Below are positions 11,451-23,878 of a stretch of DNA of 64,000 nucleotides, piece after piece; position 1 is the stretch's first letter, and each line of letters starts with the position of its first letter. The notes under the pieces are model-generated. The model saw nothing but the letters and a program-made list of their open reading frames with translations. It did no database searches and had not been told where the DNA came from. Source of the DNA: Eledone cirrhosa. Taxonomy: Eukaryota. The position numbers and the translations under genes are program-made. The stretch covers positions 10,292,001-10,356,000 of the forward strand of contig OZ024765.1 of assembly GCA_964016885.1 (NCBI GenBank). The letters are read 5' to 3'.

Positions 11451-12363
11451 ATAGAAAACCAAGCCAGAAATGGGGAATGTGAGCAAAATGCGGTCAGCCG
11501 ATGTGTCTGGCCTCACATGGCAGTTTAATGGATGATAATGATAATGATGGTGATATATGTATCTATATTTATACTAAACAGCTACCCGACATTGCCTAGG
11601 AAACAAATACAAAAAAAAAAAACATCCACAAATCCTGATTCCCTAAAGCATAGGACCCTTCAAAACATTTGAATATTTTAATGAATGGAGCTATTTTAAA
11701 ATACAAACTATGAAGAAGAAAAAAACAAGAAGCAAATAAGTTTTGTTTACTTAAAATTGTTTACATAATTTTCTGCTTCCTTTCAGAGAAAAATAAATAT
11801 TTTGATTAAATTGATTGTTGGAAAATAAAATGTGCAACAGATAATGATGTTCAGGGTAGTAAGCTGTGGTGGCTAGTATGACCAGCTAGTAACAGATATA
11901 TTTGTTTTCTTTTAGGTGAAAGGGGAGAATGTAAATTGAAAAAGGACAAATGCCTCCTGCTTGTCTTGTCACACTGTTGTTGAAAAACAACAAACATTTT
12001 ACTATATATATATATGAAAAATAGAAGGTTAATCAGTTTATTAACTTTAATAAAAACTAGAGTGAATACAGGAGACGTGCAACGTATTTGAATAGAAGAC
12101 CAACATATCAGTTATACCAAGTAGTTAGTCGCAACTACTTCACAATTAAGCAACAAATTTCTCCTCATTTGAAAAGAAATCACACTTGCTGAAGAAATGT
12201 TTGGTTTGAAAATGCTATATTTCACAATTTCTGATGTCGTCAGACATTATTGAAAGAAAAAAGAATTCTCTATGTTAAGTGCAGTTTATCTTCTGCCTAA
12301 CATAATATATTATAAATATATATATATATATATATAAAAAATATATATATAAATATATATGTA

Positions 12364-12443
<80 letters not shown>

Positions 12444-12585
12444 TATAAAAATATATATATAAATATATATGTATATATAAATGTATATATATAAATATAT
12501 ATATACACTGGCACCCAGTTTTGCCCAGGTGCAACTATTAGTTATAACGAAAACTTGTATAAGTGGTTTTATAAAAACTATATAT

Positions 12586-12626
<41 letters not shown>

Positions 12627-13441
12627 AAGCCCCATCAAAGATGGAGTAACAGAAATTTTGTTTCAATCACTATAAAATATAAAAAAAAAAGAAAACTAAT
12701 TATTATATAACAGACATTTGTTATTTCAATATTATTATGATTGTTGTTGTTAGTTTTAAAAGAGAATTAAGGGTGTTAGAGAGAACCAGGAGTGAAACAT
12801 GCAGTGGAATTATAAAACCTACCTATTAAAAACTGTGGTGTTTTAAGTGAACAGGTAGGTAGGCAAACTCTAGGGTAAATCACCACATCAGGGACAGCTG
12901 GAAAATGCTGAAACAAGAAATAGAAAACCTATCCAACCCACACTTGAATGGCCTACTGCTATTATTATTATTATTATTATTATTAACCTCAATAGTACTG
13001 ACCAACCTGGCCAAAACCAGCTCTATTTTTCCCATTTGGTACCAAACAACCCTTCTATGATACAAAGTGTTTATATTTATATAAGTATCTACCCTCGTAA
13101 TTTTATGTAGGAACCAGTGTTAAATTATAATCCAAACACCAGCTTAATAATGAGAAAGTTATATATATAAATTCTTGAGTATTTCCAAAAGTATTTCCAA
13201 ATCTTAAAGTGTTTTTCATAGAAATATAGTAACTAAAGGGTTAATGCATTTATATTTATCTAAAAACTTCATGTCATAATTTTATTAGAACCTTTAAGTT
13301 CCAAACACCAACTTGATAATGAGGATGTTAGATATATTACCAAATCCTTGAAAATTCCCGATTATTTTCAAAATTATTTGAAAATCAATGGCAGTGTCTT
13401 TCATTAAGACTATGGTAATGAATGGATACAGGTTTTTATAT

Positions 13442-13655
13442 TTAACTCTTTAGCATTTACTTTACTCTATATTTACAATTGTATTTTCACAGAAAAGGTT
13501 TTATCTCACATAATATCGAATCTATGCGATTTTGATATTTAATTTGAGAACGATACCTTAACATCCATATGAACAGCCAGTTACGGCCGATTTGAACAGA
13601 AAGAGGTGAAAGAATTTTTAGCCAGATACAATCGGTTTAAATGCTAAAGGGTTAA
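13442..13655. mobile_element. piggyBac-type MITE family A (other copies 24438-24896, 25111-25398, 35420-35618, 41298-41514, 47319-47830, 49799-50011)
   Basis: TTAA-ctctttagcattta ... taaatgctaaaggg-TTAA: terminal inverted repeats with TTAA target duplication and a conserved ~210-bp body across copies. Confidence 0.8.
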
Positions 13656-13847
13656 CTGTAAACCTTCCACCATAGTCCATCATTTTAAAAAATATTTATA
13701 ACACAAAGGTTTTGTCAAAATTATGCCCACGAAAGGATTAATGTACCTACACAGCACTATACAAGTTGCTATGTATGGCCTTTTGCTCGTTATTACAGAC
13801 ACATTTTTTATTAATTTCTAATTTCAGCTACTGCTATTTAATACTAA

Positions 13848-14272
13848 TTAACCCTTTTGATACCAAACTGTCTGAAACCGGCTTTGGTTTTATGATAATA
13901 TGATAAACTATATTTTAACTAAAAAACCTTTACTTATAATTTTATGTAAGAGCCTCTGTTAAGTTATGTTCCCAACACCAACTCAATGAAAAAGATATAT
14001 TCGTAAATCTCTTCAAATTTTCGATTATTTTCAAAACTATTTGAAAAAAATCTGTCAGTCTCTTTCATTAGAAATATGTGACAAAAATGTTAGAATGTTT
14101 ATATTTATCTAAAAATCTAACAAGAATCTTGATAAATTATTATCCAAACAACAGCTGTATAATGAGAAAGTGAGTTATATTACTAAATCCCTCCAAGTTT
14201 GTATTATTTTCAAAATGATTTGAAATTCATAGGCAATGTGTTTCATTAGAAATATGGTGATGAAAGGATTAA
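13848..14272. mobile_element. TTAA-flanked MITE family B (copies or arrays ~17379-18092, 26087-26654, 27388-28371, 44818-45372, 51199-51599, 61318-61512)
   Basis: ttaacccttttgataccaaactg(c/t)ctgaaac ... tttcattagaaatatggtaa..aaagggttaa recurs throughout the window, often with internal tandem duplication. Confidence 0.72.
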
Positions 14273-14399
14273 TAAACACATGTCTATTGAAGAGGATATT
14301 TGCTTTGAAACTCAATTGTAGTAGAAAATCAGTGAGATTTAAATTTGCAAGTACAAACTTACACACTTTAAACATTTGTACAGTAATATGTAGAAAGAA

Positions 14400-15845
14400 A
14401 GAAGCTGATCATCAGATCAGACCAAAGAAACTATGTTTCCATTGATCTTTTCATTGCTGATACTGTCTGTCAGTAACAACCCCTGGCAGAATGAAGAAGC
14501 TGATCATCAGATCAGATCAGACCAAATCAACAAAGTTTCCATTGGTCTTTCTATTACTGATACTATCTGTCAGTCACAACTCCTAGAAGAAGAAAGGAGC
14601 TGATCATCAGATCAGACCAAGGGAACAATGTTTCCATTGGTCTTTCTATTACTGATACTATCTGTCAGTCACAACTCCCGGAAGAAGAAAAGAGCTAATC
14701 ATCAGATCAGATCAGACCAAGGGAACAATGTTTCCATTGGTCTTTCTATTACTGATACTATCTGTCAGTCACAACTCCTGGTAGAAGAAAAGAGCTGATC
14801 ATCAGATCAGACCAAGGGAACAATGTTTCCATTGGTCTTTTTATTACTGATACTATCTGTCAGTCACAACTCCTAGAAGAAGAAAGGAGCTGATCATCAG
14901 ATCAGACCAAGGGAACAATGTTTCCATTGGTCTTTCTATTACTGATACTATCTGTCAGTCACAACTCCTGGAAGAAGAAAAGAGTTGATCATCAGATCAG
15001 ACCAAGGGAACAATGTTTCCATTGGTCTTTCTATTATTGATACTATCTGTCGGTCACAACTCCTGGAAGAAGAAAAGAGTTGATCATCAGATCAGACCAA
15101 GGGAACAATGTTTCCATTGGTCTTTTTATTACTGATACTATCTGTCAGTCACAACTCCTAGAAGAAGAAAGGAGCTGATCATCAGATCAGACCAAGGGAA
15201 CAATGTTTCCATTGGTCTTTCTATTACTGATACTATCTGTCAGTCACAACTCCTAGAAGAAGAAAGGAGCTGATCATCAGATCAGACCAAGGGAACAATG
15301 TTTCCATTGGTCTTTCTATTACTGATACTATCTGTCAGTCACAACTCCTAGAAGAAGAAAGGAGCTGATCATCAGATCAGACCAAGGGAACAATGTTTCC
15401 ATTGGTCTTTCTATTACTGATACTATCTGTCAGTCACAACTCCTAGAAGAAGAAAGGAGCTGATCATCAGATCAGATCAGACCAAGGGAACAATGTTTCC
15501 ATTGGTCTTTCTATTACTGATACTATCTATCAGTCACAACTCCTGGAAGAAGAAAAGAGCTGATCATCAGATCAGATCAGACCAAGGGAACAATGTTTCC
15601 ATTGGTCTTTTTATTACTGATATTATCTGTCAGTCACAACTCCTGGAAGAAGAAAGGAGCTAATCATCAGATCAGATCAGACCAAGGGAACAATGTTTCC
15701 ATTGGTCTTTTTATTACTGATATTATCTGTCGGTCACAACTCCCGGAAGAAGAAAGGAGCTAATCATCAGATCAGACCAAATGTTTTCATTGTTATTTCC
15801 ATAGCTAATACTGTCTGTTGGTTACAACCCCTGGCAGGAGAAGGC
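14400..15845 (+). repeat. 95-bp satellite (100-bp variant with an extra atcag), ~15 copies
   Basis: Unit tgatcatcagatcagaccaagggaacaatgtttccattggtctttctattactgatactatctgtcagtcacaactcctagaagaagaaaggagc; period 95 (15271 to 15366). Confidence 0.96.
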
Positions 15846-16174
15846 GAGATTTGATCTCAGTATGTACAATGGGATCAACTCTGCCAAATCCACAGCCCCT
15901 ACATTAGTACTTTGTTTATCGACCTTCAAAGGATGTTTGTTGTCTCCTTTATTTTTTTTATGTGTGTGTATATATATGCATATAAAGTCAAAATTTCCTA
16001 TGTGCTTTATATAAAAGCCAGTTATACTTTCCGACAAACCCACAAAATATTCAAATAACTGTAATTAACTCATAACCTAAACCGTTATCCCTAATTACAG
16101 TTGTTAAACCCCATTGCTCCCTATTATAATTCAGCCAAGCCCATAAACATAAAACATATTCGCAATAATTTAAC

Positions 16175-16209
<35 letters not shown>

Positions 16210-16251
16210 TATATATATATATATACACATACACACACAATCATTTGATAT

Positions 16252-16286
<35 letters not shown>

Positions 16287-16673
16287 CATATATATATATA
16301 TATATTATCACAATCATTTGATAATATACATCAATGCTAATTTGAATTAAAAATCTCGTTTTCTCACAAACATTTCCACAACAAATATTCAAACGATATA
16401 TATATATATATATATATATGTCATTCTTCTTCCTCCGAGCGTGGAACTAATATACTTCATGTTATTGCATCCTCTTGTTCACTTATTTTGTTGATTTTTA
16501 TATACACACACACACACATACATACATGCATACATACACATTCTTTTAGTTTTTACTTCATTTGCACACTCATACTTCGTTATAAGTAACTTTTGAGACC
16601 ATATGAAGATTGGGTCTGTTTACGAACTTTTAGACATGTTTTTTTTTTCTCTTTTTTTTTTTGTAAATAATCA

Positions 16674-17095
16674 GGCATGGTTAAAAAGTTCACTTCACAA
16701 CCATACGGTTTTGGGTTCAGTCCCATTGCATGACACCTTGGGCATGTGTCTTCTACTATAGATTCAGGATGTCCAATGCGTTGAGAGAATTTGGTAAAAA
16801 GAGTGTGTGGAAGCTCGTCTAAGTCTGTGTTTATGTTTGACAAACCAAAATCAATAAAATGAGACTTCAAAAAATAAGTTCTGGAATCAATATGATCAAC
16901 TAATTCCATTCAATCAGTTATACAATAACTGTGCATGCAAGTGCGTGTGTGTGTGTGCATTCCTGCTTGTTACTATTTATGTTCAAGAAACGGAGACCCA
17001 TAAAATGAGTAATGAGGACGACAGGATCAATTAAAGCCCTTCAATGCAGTGCCCCAGCATGGCATGGACAGTCTAATGACTGGAACAAGCAAAAT
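16674..17095 (+). mobile_element. Decayed tRNA-derived SINE of a further family
   Basis: Head tggttaaaaagttcacttc..gggttcagtccc, CORE-like caccttgggcatgtgtcttctactatag, and tail gtgccccagcatggc..gtctaatgactggaacaag. Confidence 0.6.
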
Positions 17096-18339
17096 AAATC
17101 AATAACTAAATTTACCCAATTAAGTTATAAACAAGATACCATCACAGATATATAGATATAATTTCAAAAAATGTATCTGTAGCAGATAATCTCTTTTCAT
17201 GGAAAGGGTACTGTTTCTTTTGGTTTAAGAAGCAAAGGGAAATTGTTTCACAGTTCACATTTTCTGACTGGTTTCATCAACTCCAAGGAGGCTGAAGAGT
17301 TAAATTTTAAAGATCAATAGAAATATAAAATTTAAATACATTTTCAAACATTTTCAAACTCCAGAGATTAAAAGATGTAACCCTTTTGATTTCAAACCGC
17401 CTGAAACTGCTGTTCGTTCTATGATATTTATAGAGCAAACCTTTCATCATAATTTTTTTCTAAGAGCCTATGTTAAGTTATCTTCCAAACAACAGATAAC
17501 GAGAGTTACTTAACTAAATCTCTCCAAATTTTTCATTATTTTCAAAATTATTTGAAAACCATTAGAAATATAGTAATGAAAAGGTTGTTAAAGTGTCTAC
17601 ATTTATCTAAAAACCTCCCTTCATAACTTTATGCAAGAACCTTTGTGAAGTTATGTTCCAAATACCAGCTAATAATAAAGTTAATTGTATTATTAAATCT
17701 CTCCAAATTCTTGAAAATTTTCAAAATTATTTGAAAATAGGCAATATTTTTCATTAGAAATATATTAATGAAAAATTAGCATTTATATTCATGTAAAAAT
17801 CCTTCAATCATAATCTTATGGAAGAACCTCCTATATTACTAAATCCTTCAAAATGCTTCATTTTCAAAATCATTTGAAAATCATAGGCAGTGTCTTTCAT
17901 TAGAAATATAGTAACGAAAGGGTTAAGGAGTTTATGTAAAATATTTATGTAAAAACCCATCATAATTCTATGTAAGAACCTATATTAAGTTATGTTTCAA
18001 AAACCCACTTAATGAGAAATATATGTTAATATGTTAATGAAATCCTTCGAAATTATTTGAAAATTATAGGCAATGTAACAACGAAAGGATTAAAGATGAA
18101 TTGTTGATTACCAGGTGAAGAATTTAAACCTGCTACAAGCCACCATAATACACTCTTTGGAAGGAGAACTGACTTCTTGAGTTAGTTTCAAGCTATTTAG
18201 CTGGAAATATTGCTGTTCACGGCATTTACTTTGAGGCCATCCAGCTATAAAACAGCTGCACCTTTATTAACTCCCAAACATGACCATCCATGGAGGTTGG
18301 GAAGACGACAAAGATTGTAAAAAAAAAAAAAAACAAAAA

Positions 18340-18578
18340 AAAATAAATTTTGCCTAATAACTGTTTCTACTTTTGGCACAAGGCCAGCAATTATGCCAGT
18401 GTATTACTGGTACTTTATTTTATCGACCATGTAAGGATAAAAGGCAAAGTTAACCTTGGCGGTATTAACTTTGCCTTTCATCCTTACATGGTTGATAAAA
18501 TAAAGTACCAGTAATACACTGGAATAATTGCTGGCCTTGTGTCAAAAGTAGAAACAGTTATTAGGCAAAATTTATTTT
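18340..18578. repeat. Inverted duplication of a MetaSINE 3' half plus flank (~113-bp arms, 11-nt loop)
   Basis: 18340-18453 is mirrored by 18465-18578 with about 4 mismatches. Confidence 0.95.
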
Positions 18579-18654
18579 ATGTTTTCTTTTGCCTAATAAC
18601 AAAAGGTTAACAATTGAATTTTTTTTTTTAGTTAAATATTAATTTCTTTTAAAT

Positions 18655-19075
18655 GCCAATGTAAAGTGGTCAGTGTTAGGAAGAGCCCAGTTGTAGAGAC
18701 AATGTCAAAGGATTCATAGGTCTCTTCAATTGTGTCCAAGACACAAGAAACCTCCTTAATGCTGGTGCCATGGTAAAATACAACCAGTACACTTTGTAAA
18801 GTGGCTGATGTTCCAGCTGTAGAAAACAATGCCTAAAACAAAGGGTTGAGAAGAGTGTTCAGCTGTATCTATGACATGACAACGACTCTAGTAGGCGAGC
18901 CATGATAAAATGCACCCAGTACACACTGTAAAGTGACTGGTGATAAGAAGGACATCCAGCTGCAGAAACAATCCCAAATAACCTCTCTAATGGTGGAGCC
19001 ATGACAAAATGCACTCAATACACACTATAAAGTGGTTGGTGATAGAAAGAACATCCAGTTGTAAATAAGATGCCA
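18655..19075 (+). mobile_element. Cluster of decayed SINE-3'-like units (further clusters 19535-19890, 20400-20765, 35090-35370, 63115-63430 +, 63585-63745 -)
   Basis: Repeated cacccagtacactctgtaaagtgg..aggaagggcatccagctgtagaaa motifs. Confidence 0.7.
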
Positions 19076-20074
19076 AAGTTTGAAATCAACAAGATTTCAC
19101 CTCCCAGCCTGTCTGAGTGGACTATTTTTTCCGTCTGTGGTATCTTGTCTATGAGGCTGGTTTTATTGGTGGGAGTATAAGAAGAAAAAGAACCCTTTTT
19201 CTGTTTGTTTTCAGTCCTTTTTTATGGGATCCGAGATTTATAGAAGAAAAGGAGGGGAGGGGCTTTAATTCACAGCAAAGTTAGAGAAAGGTCACACAGG
19301 GGAGAGTGCAGTTGTGAGAAGATATGACTGTGATATGAATTGTTTTAGTATAAGGCAGGCTTTGGGGTTAACAAGGAAATGGGGTACAGTCCAACAACTA
19401 TTTCATAATAGGAAGAGACCAATACTATAAATACAAGAGGTTGTAGGAACAGTATGTTTATTTTAAGTGCTGGTAATGTAAGATAGAGGGGCTACTTTGG
19501 TCTTGTCAAGGATTTGGCAGCCTTTATAGTGTTTGGTGCCACAATAAAATGCATCCAGTACACTCAGCCATAAGAAGCACCCAGCCCATGCTGTGGTGGT
19601 GGTAGTGACACAAGAAAACAATCCCAGTACATTCTGTAAAGTGGCAATGCTGTTGTCATGGTAAAATTCACCAGTACACTTTGTAAAGTGGCAATGCTGT
19701 TGTCATGGTAAAATTCACCCAGGACACTCTGTAATGTAGCGATGCTGGTGTTGTGGTAAAATTCACCCAGTACACGCCGTAAAGTGATAGTGTTGACGTC
19801 AAGGTAAAATGCACAAGGATACTCTAAAATGGTAGTGCAGGTGTCATAAAATGCACACAATACATTCTGCAATGCAATGTGGTAGTAATGGTGCAGAATC
19901 TGCATATGAGCAAGGAATTAGGGAGAAGCCTACCCCTGTATAACTGACAAGAATATATCTCAACAAAACAATAGAAGTACAGAGAGAGTCTATGGTGGAA
20001 AGAGGACATCTCCAACCTCTTTGGAAGAGGAAGAATACATTTGGATTGAATTTAATAGAGCCAGCGGCTTTTGT

Positions 20075-20310
20075 AAAGTATTGGAGTGTTGTATGTAACA
20101 AAGCCAGCAGTATTTGTGATGGCGGGGAACTCTGGCAGAGTACTGGGGTGTGGTACATAACATAGCCAGCAATATTTGTGATGAGGGAACTCTTGTGAAG
20201 TATTTTGGTGCCGTACGTAACATAGCCAGCAATGTTTGTGAAAGGGGAACTCTTGTAAAATATTTGGGTGACATACACAATGCAGCCAGCAATGTTTGTG
20301 AAGCAGAACC
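20075..20310 (+). repeat. 60-bp tandem repeat x4, diverged
   Basis: agccagca(a/g)t(a/g)tttgtga..ggaactct recurs every ~60 nt. Confidence 0.85.
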
Positions 20311-21215
20311 TTGTTATATGCCAAAGCTAACGTGAAAAGACAAGTTTATAATATACAGGATTTGTGGGGATTTTAGTAAACATTATTATTATTTGACATG
20401 ATACATCCTGTAAAGTGGTTGACGATAGGAAGGGCATCCAGCCATGGAAAGCAGGCCAAAAAGAATCGAAAGGACTCTTAATTGACACAAAAGGCATAAC
20501 AACATCTCCAGTGTTGTTGATCTACACAATTACACCCAGTACACTCTGTAATGTTGGTGATAGGAAAGGTAACGAGCTGTAGAAAAACTTGCCAAACAAA
20601 TGGTTGAAAGGATACTGCAGTTGTGTCAAAGACATGACAGGCTCCCTGATGCCGGTGCCACTATAAAAATGCACCCAGCACATTCTGTGAAGTGCCAAGG
20701 AAGGGGTTGAAGATGTGACAGCATCCCTAATGTTGGTGCCATAAGATGCGCCCAGTACACTCTGTGAGGAGCAGAAACATATACATAAGCAACACCAAGC
20801 CCAGTACTGGCTTGGTCTGTGACAACTCCTCTAAACTTTTGGTAGCAGGAGGAAAGGGGGCATTAAATGATGATGATGATGATGATGATGTACATGTTCC
20901 TGTCATGTTCCCAATACAAAACGTACAGTTTAGTTTAAAGAGAACAGGAAATAGAAATAGAAATAGACAGCAGGAAGAAAATTAATAATTTTTAGTAAAT
21001 CCCTCAAAATTCTTCGTTAAATAACTGAAACAGAGTGTATTTCTTCAGAAATACGTCCACTAAAAGGTTCAGAAAAAAAAAAAGAAAAAAAAAACTTGAA
21101 AATAAAAGATGTGAAAAGTCTTCACCAGTAACAACAAACTAGATAACTGAGAATCTTCAGCAAAGTTTAATGAAGGAAAAAAAAGAAAAAGAAAATAGAA
21201 TGTTTTATGTGTAAG

Positions 21216-21218
<3 letters not shown>

Positions 21219-21299
<81 letters not shown>

Positions 21300-21333
21300 A
21301 TGTGTGTATATGTGTGTATATGTGTGTATATGT

Positions 21334-21414
<81 letters not shown>

Positions 21415-21423
21415 CGTGTGTGT
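21219..21423. repeat. (TA)n-(TG)n compound microsatellite
   Basis: Directly visible. Confidence 0.97.
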
Positions 21424-21988
21424 GGAAAATCCTTTAAAAAGAAAATAAAAATCGTATTTTTCTTTAGTGGGAAATATATATACATACCTGAAAAGTGAAT
21501 TAAGACAAAATATGTCAGGTGTGAAGGGAGTATTCAGTTTCAAATTACACGTGTACACACTGCTTGAAAAACCTCTGTAGGATGGAATCCCAAATGCAGC
21601 TAGGTCCAAAACAGCAGGAAGATTTCATAACAATGCATAGTTAGGTGTCATAAGATGTAGCAGCAGCAGTAGTAGTATTAGTAGCTGTAGTGTTCAAGAA
21701 GGCCATGTAGAAAACAAGGCTGGCACAGTCGTACAAACAGGTACCAAATACCTCCGTTAGAAGGAAACCAGGTCTATTTTTCTATTCGCTTTGGTTATTT
21801 CAACTCTTTTTAATGCCAAAACTGACTCTAGTTCTATGAAACAACCCCCACCCCACCCCATTTTCAAGAGTACCTATTCAACCCTGCCAAAATCAGTTCT
21901 GGTTCTATGAAACAAAACCATAAAAGATACCTAATCAACCCTTTTGACACCATCCCTGCCCAAACCAGTCCTGTTTCTATGAAACAAA

Positions 21989-22301
21989 CCGCACCCACCC
22001 TATTTGCTGGATTTAGCACCTGCAGACTTCCACCTCTTCTCCAAGCTGAAAATGCAGCTCAAAGGTCACCGTTTTAACACCACTGCCAAGATCTAGAGTG
22101 AATCACAGAAAGTCCTCGATGCACTTATGGAAAACAACTTCCAGGCCAGCTTCCAAAAGTGTCAGGAACGCTGGGACCGATGTATTGCTGTGCAAGGTGA
22201 CTATTTCGAAGGATATGATGTTAAAACTTTGGTAAATATATTAGTTGTTTGTTATTTTTTTTAACATAACTTGTCCAGCAATTTTTAGATACCACCTCGT
22301 A
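21989..22301 (+). mobile_element. Mariner transposon 3' remnant (transposase pseudogene C-terminus plus right TIR)
   Basis: Translates PHPPYLLDLAPADFHLFSKLKMQLKGHRF..I*..FQKCQERWDRCIAVQGDYFEG, i.e. the mariner YSPDLAP(S)D and GxYF motifs with an internal stop. Ends gataccacctcg-TA. Confidence 0.92.
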
Positions 22302-22453
22302 TACCAATGCAACAAAACCACAGATCTTAAAAGGATCCTATTTGAATTGAAATTTTCAAACATAACATGGGTTTAAGACCATTCAGAAATGAGAAGCTAT
22401 CTAGAACCTTATATATTTAAATTAGAAAAAAAAAAGTGTGTTGAGCCAGAACT

Positions 22454-22826
22454 TACTGTATATACTCATATATAAACCAAGAAATATGACGAAACAAAAA
22501 AATCCGGTAAAATGGAAGGTCGACTTATATTCGAGTTCAATATTTTGCTGATTTTCACCAACTTCAAATGAGGTGAAACTTGTTTTTCCTGTGTTTTGAA
22601 TGAATATGGCTTTCAAAACAGTAGAAATTGCTTAGAAAAAAAAACCCATTATGTAATGGAGTTATGAAACAAAAATGATACTCAAAATGACACTTAAAAC
22701 ATTTTAACCATGTCATCTAAATATAATGTGTTGATTACCTGCTTAGGGTTATATACGAGGTTTGCATTTTTGCCCATTTCTCAGACATAAAATAGGGGGT
22801 CAGTTTATATTCGAGTATATACGGCA
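22454..22826. mobile_element. Tc1/pogo-type non-autonomous element (second fragment ~36620-36735)
   Basis: Terminal inverted repeats ta-ctgtatatactc ... gagtatatacgg-ca and internal gtcgacttatattcgag subterminal repeats. Confidence 0.65.
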
Positions 22827-23273
22827 AGCCTATCCAGTTAAGCAACTAAAGAGACGGCAGTCGATAACGGGATTAGTTCCCAGCTGTTGCTACTGCTGGT
22901 ACTCGTTTCAGTCAACTGGAGCAACGTGAAGTCAAGACCAAAATGTGTAGCCCGTCTTGGGAACTACAATTTTGAGCTGAACTCCCTATCCTTCACCCTC
23001 ATTTATATAGAACAGTGGTTCTCACCCCACCCCCTTTTTCTTTTACCTATCAATCCCTCCAATGGACACTCATAGCCATTCCATGTTTTAAAGGAAAATC
23101 CTTAAAAAATCTTGTATATTGTGGATGTATAAGCAATTTATTGCACATATACGGTGTGTGTATATATATATGTTTATAAGTATATATATATATATGCTTC
23201 TGGTTTTATTACTGGTTGTGTGATGGCTAAGTAGTGATCTGTTCTACCTAAAGCCAGGCAAATTCCCCTTGAA

Positions 23274-23282
23274 ATTTTACTG

Positions 23283-23321
<39 letters not shown>

Positions 23322-23448
23322 TCCAGTAAAATCAAAACAAATACCAGAAAATAAATCAGTTTTGATGAAATGTAAATAAATATATATATATATTTATTTA
23401 TTTACATTTCATCAAAACTGATTTATTTTCTGGTATTTGTTTTGATTT
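23274..23448. repeat. Two overlapping palindromes each centred on (TA)n
   Basis: attttactggagac-(TA)n-gtctccagtaaaat, then a perfect ~52-bp arm at 23329-23380 mirrored up to 23448. Confidence 0.93.
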
Positions 23449-23847
23449 CTATTAACTCTTTTAGGAATTTCTTTGACCAACTAATTTGGTTAACTGTTTT
23501 TTTTTTTATCTCTAAGGCCCGAGATGTTTTCTTTGAAAGCAAAACTTTCTCATAGACCCCCTAAAATACTACAGCAAGACCCCCAACTGAGAACCACCGA
23601 TATAGAAAATGGGAAACAATACATTGGATCTGCACAAGCCATATATAACTAGATTTGAAATGACAAATGTGGAATATGAATTTTATATGAAGTATTTAAA
23701 TGTATAATCAGTCCATCATCGAAATGCTGAACTACCTTCCATTTTATTTTCTCATACTAGACCATCTGAGATCACTTTTTTTTTTAATATAATCTCATAA
23801 CTAATAACACATCAGTTGGTCAACACTAACGCTATATATATATATAC

Positions 23848-23878
<31 letters not shown>

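Noticed and set aside
19090-19530. Possible CR1/L2-like LINE 3' remnant on the minus strand
   Set aside because: Too decayed to recover diagnostic motifs by eye.
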